Assembly: GCA_963674735.2 (NCBI GenBank)
Contig: CAXXQS010000002.1
Coordinates: 1,248,001-1,312,000, forward strand
DNA from: Myxococcota bacterium
Lineage (GTDB): Bacteria; Myxococcota_A; SURF-8
Direction: 5' to 3'
Length of the DNA: 64,000 bases
The notes under the pieces are model-generated. The model did not search any database. It had not been told where the DNA came from and saw nothing but the letters and a program-made list of their open reading frames with translations. Both the position numbers and the translations under genes were made by a program. Positions 58,592 through 64,000 of this stretch are shown here, piece after piece (position 1 is the stretch's first letter; every line of letters begins with the position of its first letter).

Positions 58592-59485
58592 TTAGATGCC
58601 CAGATGCAGTTTGGCGCTACGCAGGGTGTTTTTCATCAACATGGTGATGGTCATGGGGCCCACGCCGCCCGGTACCGGGGTGATTTTACCGGCAATTTCC
58701 TTGGCTGCGTCGAAATCCACGTCGCCACGCAGGATGGCTTTGCCGGTGTCCGGGTTGACGCCCACGCGATTGACGCCCACGTCGATGACCGTGGCGCCCG
58801 GTTTGATCCATTCGGGTTTCACCAGGCCCGGCACGCCCGCGGCCACGATCAGAATATCGGCGCGCTGGCAGTGCGCGGCCAGGTCTTTGGTGCGGGTGTG
58901 CACGATGGTGACGGTGCTGTTGGCTCCCGGCCCCTTTTGTGCCATCATGATGGCGATGGGCTTGCCGACGATATTCGAGCGTCCCACCACGACCGTTTCC
59001 GCACCGGAGGTTTCGGTGTTGGAGCGAATCAGCATCTCCTGGATCCCGGCCGGGGTGCAGGGTGGAAAGCGTACTTCATCGCCGCCGATCATCAAACGCC
59101 CCACATTGACCGGATGGAAGCCGTCCACGTCTTTGTCGGGATCGATGGCGGTGAGGACTTTCTTTTCGTCGATGTGCTTGGGCAGCGGCAGCTGCACCAG
59201 GATGCCGTGAATTTTCGGATCCTGGTTGTATTTTTCGATCAGGTCGAGAAGGTCTTTTTCGCTGATATCGGGCGGTTGGCTGTCTTGCACCTCATGGAAG
59301 CCCAATTCGTGAGCGGTTTTGATTTTCAGGGTGACATAGCTCATGGAGGCGGGATTTTCGCCCACCAGGATGGTGACCAGGCCGGGCACGGTATCGTGCT
59401 GGGCCTTCATCTTCGCCACTTCCTCTTTGAGCTCCGCCAGGATGACTTTACGAATCTCGGTTCCCTTGATCAGTTCGGCTGTCAT
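58592..59485 (-). CDS. folD: Methylenetetrahydrofolate dehydrogenase/cyclohydrolase
   Basis: GILVQLPLP, KDVDGFHP, PCTP, GRSNIVGKP and TPVPGGVGPMT. Confidence 0.98.
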   Translation of the reverse strand: MTAELIKGTEIRKVILAELKEEVAKMKAQHDTVPGLVTILVGENPASMSYVTLKIKTAHELGFHEVQDSQPPDISEKDLLDLIEKYNQDPKIHGILVQLPLPKHIDEKKVLTAIDPDKDVDGFHPVNVGRLMIGGDEVRFPPCTPAGIQEMLIRSNTETSGAETVVVGRSNIVGKPIAIMMAQKGPGANSTVTIVHTRTKDLAAHCQRADILIVAAGVPGLVKPEWIKPGATVIDVGVNRVGVNPDTGKAILRGDVDFDAAKEIAGKITPVPGGVGPMTITMLMKNTLRSAKLHLGI

Positions 59486-59563
59486 CGTTTTCCTCCGCGA
59501 ATGGATCGCCCAACGTGACGGGGCCGGGTTGCCCCGGCCCCGCAGGGCGTCGTTTTTATTCGA

Positions 59564-61339
59564 TTAGAACAGTCCCTTCACCTTGCCGGTTTCCACGTCT
59601 ACGTCCACGCGGCGGTAAGCCGGATTGGAACCGCTGCCCGGCATCAGGCTGATGGCGCCCGCCACCGGAACGATGAAGCCCGCGCCGTTGTAGGTGAGCA
59701 CGTCGCGGATGAACAGCGGCCAGTCTTTCGGCACGCCCTTGAGGGCGGGGTTGTCGGAAAGGCTGAGATGGGTTTTCACCATGCACATGCCGAGCTTGGC
59801 GACTTCCGGGTCGGCCTGGAATTTGGCCAGCTTGGCATTGGCTTCGGCGGAATATTCCACGCTTCCCGCGCCGTAGACTTCCTTGGCGATGAGATCGATA
59901 CGATCTTTGATCGGCAGGTCGAGGTCGTAGAGCAGGCGGAAATCGTTTTCTTCCTGGCAGGCGTCCACCACGGCATCGGCGAATTCCAACGCGCCGTCGC
60001 CGCCGTGCTCCCAATGGCGGGACAAGGCCACGCGCGCTCCGGCCGATTCGGCCATCTCGCGCACTTTCTTGATCTCGTTGTCGGTGTCGGTGTAGAAGGC
60101 GTTGATGCAAACCACCGGGTTGATGCCCGCTTTTTTGACGGTTTTGATATGGTGGATGAGGTTGGCGCAGCCCTTCTCGACCCACTCGACATTCTCGCCT
60201 TCGTATTCCTTGGGCATGGCTTTGCCCGGAACGGGGATGGGTGCGCCGCCGTGGCATTTGAGGGCGCGGATGGTGGCGACGACGACGGCCGCATTGGGCT
60301 TCAAGCCGCTGAAACGGCACTTTAAGTTCCAGAATTTCTCAAAACCGATATCCGCGCCGAAGCCCGATTCGGTTACGTGGTAATCGCCCAGTTTCAGGCC
60401 CACCTGGTCGGCGATGATGGAGCTCTGGCCGATGGCGATATTGGCGAAGGGACCGGCATGGACGAACACCGGCTGGCCTTCGAGGGTTTGCATCAGGTTG
60501 GGGTTGAGCGCTTCGGCCATCCAGGCGGTCATGGCTCCGGCCACTTCCAGATCTTCGGTGGTGACGGGGTTGCCCTTCTTGTCGTAGGCCACCACGATGC
60601 GGCCCATGCGCTCGCGCATGTCTTTCAGGCTGGTGGACACGGCCAGAATCGCCATGACTTCCGACGAGACGGCGATGCCGAATTTGCTGTTCATCATATA
60701 GCCGTCGAATTTGCCGCCGACGCCGGGGATCCCGATGATGATGTTACGCAGGCTCTGGGCGCAGAAATCGATGATCCAACCCAGTTCGACTTTGGTCGGG
60801 TCGATGTCGAGGCGACGCATGTTGGTCAGGCGCGCCAGTTGCTCGTCGTTGTAATTGCGTTCGTGCTGCATGCGCGACGTCATCGCGACCATGGCCAGAT
60901 TGTGGGCGTTCATGATGGCGTTGATGTCGCCGGTCAGGCCCAGCGAGAACGGCGTGAGCGGGATGCACTGCGAGCGTCCGCCGCCCGCGGCCGAACCTTT
61001 GATATTCATGGTGGGACCGCCGGACGGCTGGCGGATCGCGGCCGTGACGTTCACGTTGCGTTTTCCGAGTCCTTGAACGAGCCCCATGGTGGAGGTGGAT
61101 TTACCTTCGCCAAGCGGGGTGGGCGTGATGGCCGTTACATCGACATACTTGGCGTCGGGTTTGTCCTTGCGTGCTGCGAGGACTTTCCGGAAATCGACTT
61201 TGGCTACGTAGTGGCCGTGGGGCAGAATTTCGTCCTTGGTCAGGCCGAGCATTTCCGCGAGTTCGTCCACGGTTTTCATGCGCGCTTCCGCTTCTTCCGC
61301 AATCTCCCAATCGGCGTGCTTCGTCGGGTCCAGTGTCAT
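59564..61339 (-). CDS. fhs: Formate--tetrahydrofolate ligase
   Basis: [38 protein letters not shown] and KTHLSLS. Confidence 0.97.
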   Translation of the reverse strand: MTLDPTKHADWEIAEEAEARMKTVDELAEMLGLTKDEILPHGHYVAKVDFRKVLAARKDKPDAKYVDVTAITPTPLGEGKSTSTMGLVQGLGKRNVNVTAAIRQPSGGPTMNIKGSAAGGGRSQCIPLTPFSLGLTGDINAIMNAHNLAMVAMTSRMQHERNYNDEQLARLTNMRRLDIDPTKVELGWIIDFCAQSLRNIIIGIPGVGGKFDGYMMNSKFGIAVSSEVMAILAVSTSLKDMRERMGRIVVAYDKKGNPVTTEDLEVAGAMTAWMAEALNPNLMQTLEGQPVFVHAGPFANIAIGQSSIIADQVGLKLGDYHVTESGFGADIGFEKFWNLKCRFSGLKPNAAVVVATIRALKCHGGAPIPVPGKAMPKEYEGENVEWVEKGCANLIHHIKTVKKAGINPVVCINAFYTDTDNEIKKVREMAESAGARVALSRHWEHGGDGALEFADAVVDACQEENDFRLLYDLDLPIKDRIDLIAKEVYGAGSVEYSAEANAKLAKFQADPEVAKLGMCMVKTHLSLSDNPALKGVPKDWPLFIRDVLTYNGAGFIVPVAGAISLMPGSGSNPAYRRVDVDVETGKVKGLF

Positions 61340-61896
61340 GGGGGTTCCTCCTTCGGCTTGGGACCGGGTTGCCCTCCGGCCGCATGATGATCGAAATCAC
61401 AATTTACCTAAAAGATACATCACCCAAATCAGAGTCGGATTCCTAAATGGTGGAACCCGGATCTTTATCACCCCTATGCACAAGCGGGTGTCATCGGAAC
61501 GGAGACAGTTCATCAAAAACTGGCAAACAGGCCGGAATGGCGCAGCTAGTTACCTGACCATCAAACCGACATTGCCAGTCTTTTCATATTGTTGGAAGGT
61601 AACATACTGCATCCCCGGCCGACTGTTCGAAATAAGATCGTCAGTCAAGCGCGAACATATTCTGCATCATGGCGTCGAGTGGGTCAAGTGATTTGCTGGG
61701 AAATCGTGACACGGGCTTGACGCAAGGCGGCAGAAAATCAAGGATGTACTGCGTTATTGATAAGGATACGTATTTTATTTACTGATCGAGCGCAGGGAGC
61801 GAATTCGGCGCTTTTTCACCTTGTCGCAGGGGAAGAGCATACCGTATACTGTCGCACGCTGGTGCATGACTTGAATTTAGCGTCAAGGAGCCGAAC

Positions 61897-64000
61897 GTGG
61901 GGATTCTCCGCCTGATCCGACTGTCACTGGTCGTATGGTTGCTGTTGAGCGCCTCCGTCTTATGGGCGGAGGAAGGACGCGCCGGGGATTGTCTATCGCC
62001 CGCCGATACGCAATCCTGGTTTGTCTGGTTGCAAGCGCTCTCGGCTCAAGCGGATTTCGACGGGTTAGGCGAACCCGGTTTGGTGGTGAGTCCGGATCAT
62101 GCCGAAGCCTATTTCGGACCCGGTCGCAAAGCCCCGGCCCTCAGCATCTATCCACGCCGCTCCGGCGATACTTGCGATCTTGTCGGCAAACATAGCTGTA
62201 TCCGTTTCGGCGAGCTATCGCCCCGCTACCGGGCTGTGTTTCGTGCCGCTGTAGCGCTTACGCCGCCGCCCGATGCCTGGAGCGTCTGCGGCCAGCCCGA
62301 CGAGGTGAACGCGCGTATTTTCAAAACTCTCGAACCCCAAAAGTGGTTTTGCGTGTCGTTTGTCGGCCATGGCGTGTTGCTGATCTGGCTTGTCCTGGCG
62401 CTGTGGCGTTGGCGGCGTGAGCAGGTGACGCTACGCTGGGAACCTTCCATGCGCTGGCTGATGGTCGCGGCGACGGCCCTGATGCTGGCCTTGCAAGTGA
62501 TCTCCCTGACGGGGTTTCAGCACTTCAACATGGATAGCGGGCGCAACTTGACCGCCGGGCTGCTTTGGTTGCACGGGATCGAATGTCCGTTTCGCGGACC
62601 GGAGATTTTCAGCGGCAGTGTACATGTGGGACCGCTTTACTACATCTTGACGGGTTTGGTGGCCCTGGTCGACGATGCCCCGCAACTCTTTTTCCTTGTT
62701 CCCGCCTTGGCGCAACTTGTGACGTTGTGGTTGGGCATGGCCTTTATGCGGCGTGCATTCGGGTTTGTCGGAGCGGCGGCTTTCGCCCTCTTATGGGGTG
62801 GATCGGCCTTTTTGATTACGCATTTGACCATCTACACCCATGACTACTTGACTTTCCCTTTGTGGATTTTGGTCGTCTGGGTCACCCACGACATGGTCAA
62901 ACGCGGAGACGGGCGGCTATTCCCGCTGGCTGTGTTACTGACGGCGCTGGGGCTGGAGTTGTACAGCATTTACGCCTTGGTGCTGGTTTCGCTTCCGTTG
63001 ATTGTGTGGCTGGGGCGCGTGCGTCCGGGTTTAAAGAGCTGGTTTTTGGCTGGATTGGCGTTTCTGTTGGCCCATATTTACACTCCCGTCATTCTATTCA
63101 TCGACGGCTGGCAGGGAACGGATGCGCCGTTTAGTATCGGACGACCCGTATTTGGTGTGCCGTTTAGTCAATTTCTACGCGGGATGCAAGTCGCAATGGC
63201 GGGTTTGGCCGGACAGCCGTTGTGGTTGTCGACTCCCTTGGTCCTGGTCGCCCTGGCGGCGGCCGCTTATTTCGTTGTCAAGCCGCGTCCGTTCGATCCG
63301 CCCGCCCGGCGGCAGGCGCGTATGATTCTGTGGGTTTTCTTTCTCCCCATCGTCATCGTAACCGCTTCGTTGTGGTTCGTATTCGTCGATCGCTACCATG
63401 TGGTGATGTTGCCCTTTGCCCAGTTATTGATTGCCGGGGGAGCGGCCGATCTTTTACGGGGACGAAAGAACGGCGAGGCTGCCTCACGTGAAATGGGTTG
63501 GGTGGCGCTTCTGGTTTTCGTCATTATGGCGCTTCTGGTGGTTCGGGCGGAACAAGCTGATCTGCGCATGCTTCCCTCCGCTTTTTCATTACACGATCAG
63601 CAAGCCTTGGCGACGGTTCTGAAACGCCAAGGCGTCGTGACGCCGATGGATTTTCGGCGGCGTGTGCATGCCGTCGCGCTGCAAACGGAAGATTGCGGTT
63701 TCGCGGGGTTGCTTCTGGTCGATCCGGCTCGATCCGATCCCGATGCCGATCCGGCCCGGCAGTTCTGGCTGACCGAAGAGCCGTTGCCGGCATTGGCGCC
63801 GGATGCGACCCTGTATCCGACGGCTTCCACGGATCGACCGTACCGGCTTGTAGGCTATGAAAGCCGGCTCGCGCTCGATCAGATGACGGTGGCGGCCGGT
63901 CCGGATATGTCGGAACGTGTTCCTTTCTACAAGGTTTTCCAGCCTTGGGGCATCCTCAACCAGTCGCGTTCGATCCTCATGCTACATGGCCTGGAATGGG
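61897..64000 (+). CDS. Large polytopic membrane protein, GT-C/ArnT-like (3' truncated; absent from the ORF track)
   Basis: AAGGAG + GTG at 61897; manual translation shows no stop to the window end; signal peptide, many TM segments, GP...GPLYYIL and DRYH...P motifs. Confidence 0.75.
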   Translation, partial: MGILRLIRLSLVVWLLLSASVLWAEEGRAGDCLSPADTQSWFVWLQALSAQADFDGLGEPGLVVSPDHAEAYFGPGRKAPALSIYPRRSGDTCDLVGKHSCIRFGELSPRYRAVFRAAVALTPPPDAWSVCGQPDEVNARIFKTLEPQKWFCVSFVGHGVLLIWLVLALWRWRREQVTLRWEPSMRWLMVAATALMLALQVISLTGFQHFNMDSGRNLTAGLLWLHGIECPFRGPEIFSGSVHVGPLYYILTGLVALVDDAPQLFFLVPALAQLVTLWLGMAFMRRAFGFVGAAAFALLWGGSAFLITHLTIYTHDYLTFPLWILVVWVTHDMVKRGDGRLFPLAVLLTALGLELYSIYALVLVSLPLIVWLGRVRPGLKSWFLAGLAFLLAHIYTPVILFIDGWQGTDAPFSIGRPVFGVPFSQFLRGMQVAMAGLAGQPLWLSTPLVLVALAAAAYFVVKPRPFDPPARRQARMILWVFFLPIVIVTASLWFVFVDRYHVVMLPFAQLLIAGGAADLLRGRKNGEAASREMGWVALLVFVIMALLVVRAEQADLRMLPSAFSLHDQQALATVLKRQGVVTPMDFRRRVHAVALQTEDCGFAGLLLVDPARSDPDADPARQFWLTEEPLPALAPDATLYPTASTDRPYRLVGYESRLALDQMTVAAGPDMSERVPFYKVFQPWGILNQSRSILMLHGLEW

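Noticed and set aside
61515-61584. Call as a ZTP or THF riboswitch
   Set aside because: Consensus elements could not be matched by eye; kept only as an unclassified hairpin.
61935-63830. Short ORFs listed in the last 2 kb
   Set aside because: All are out of frame or antisense to the continuous ORF starting at 61897.

Overview
GC-rich bacterial chromosomal window. The abundance of Cys-rich and DGD-repeat lipoproteins, a MYXO-CTERM-like tail and carD-ispDF-cysS synteny suggest an anaerobic Deltaproteobacteria/Myxococcota-like organism (inference). Housekeeping blocks are infB-rbfA-nrnA, RDD-smc-ftsY, obgE, xseA and carD-ispDF-cysS. They are interleaved with envelope and glycan genes: two wecB paralogs, an ArnT-like GT-C, a flippase, a phosphoglycosyltransferase-dehydratase fusion, rmlD and a deacetylase. 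There are many orphan exported proteins, an AT-richer two-gene islet at about 50.3-55.6 kb, and a C1/corrinoid cluster (fhs-folD-RACo-cooC) plus a stand-alone core methionine synthase. The most striking signal is a stand-alone 137-aa peptide gene (22939-23352, minus strand) ending in 17 tandem His-Xaa-Ser triplets, with its own promoter and terminator. About 14.5 kb away lies an overlapping pair of HxsC-like radical SAM genes embedded among glycosylation genes. Together these form a candidate split His-Xaa-Ser RiPP-like system. An ORF missing from the supplied track runs from 61897 off the right edge. No tRNA, rRNA, CRISPR, transposase or integrase was recognised.
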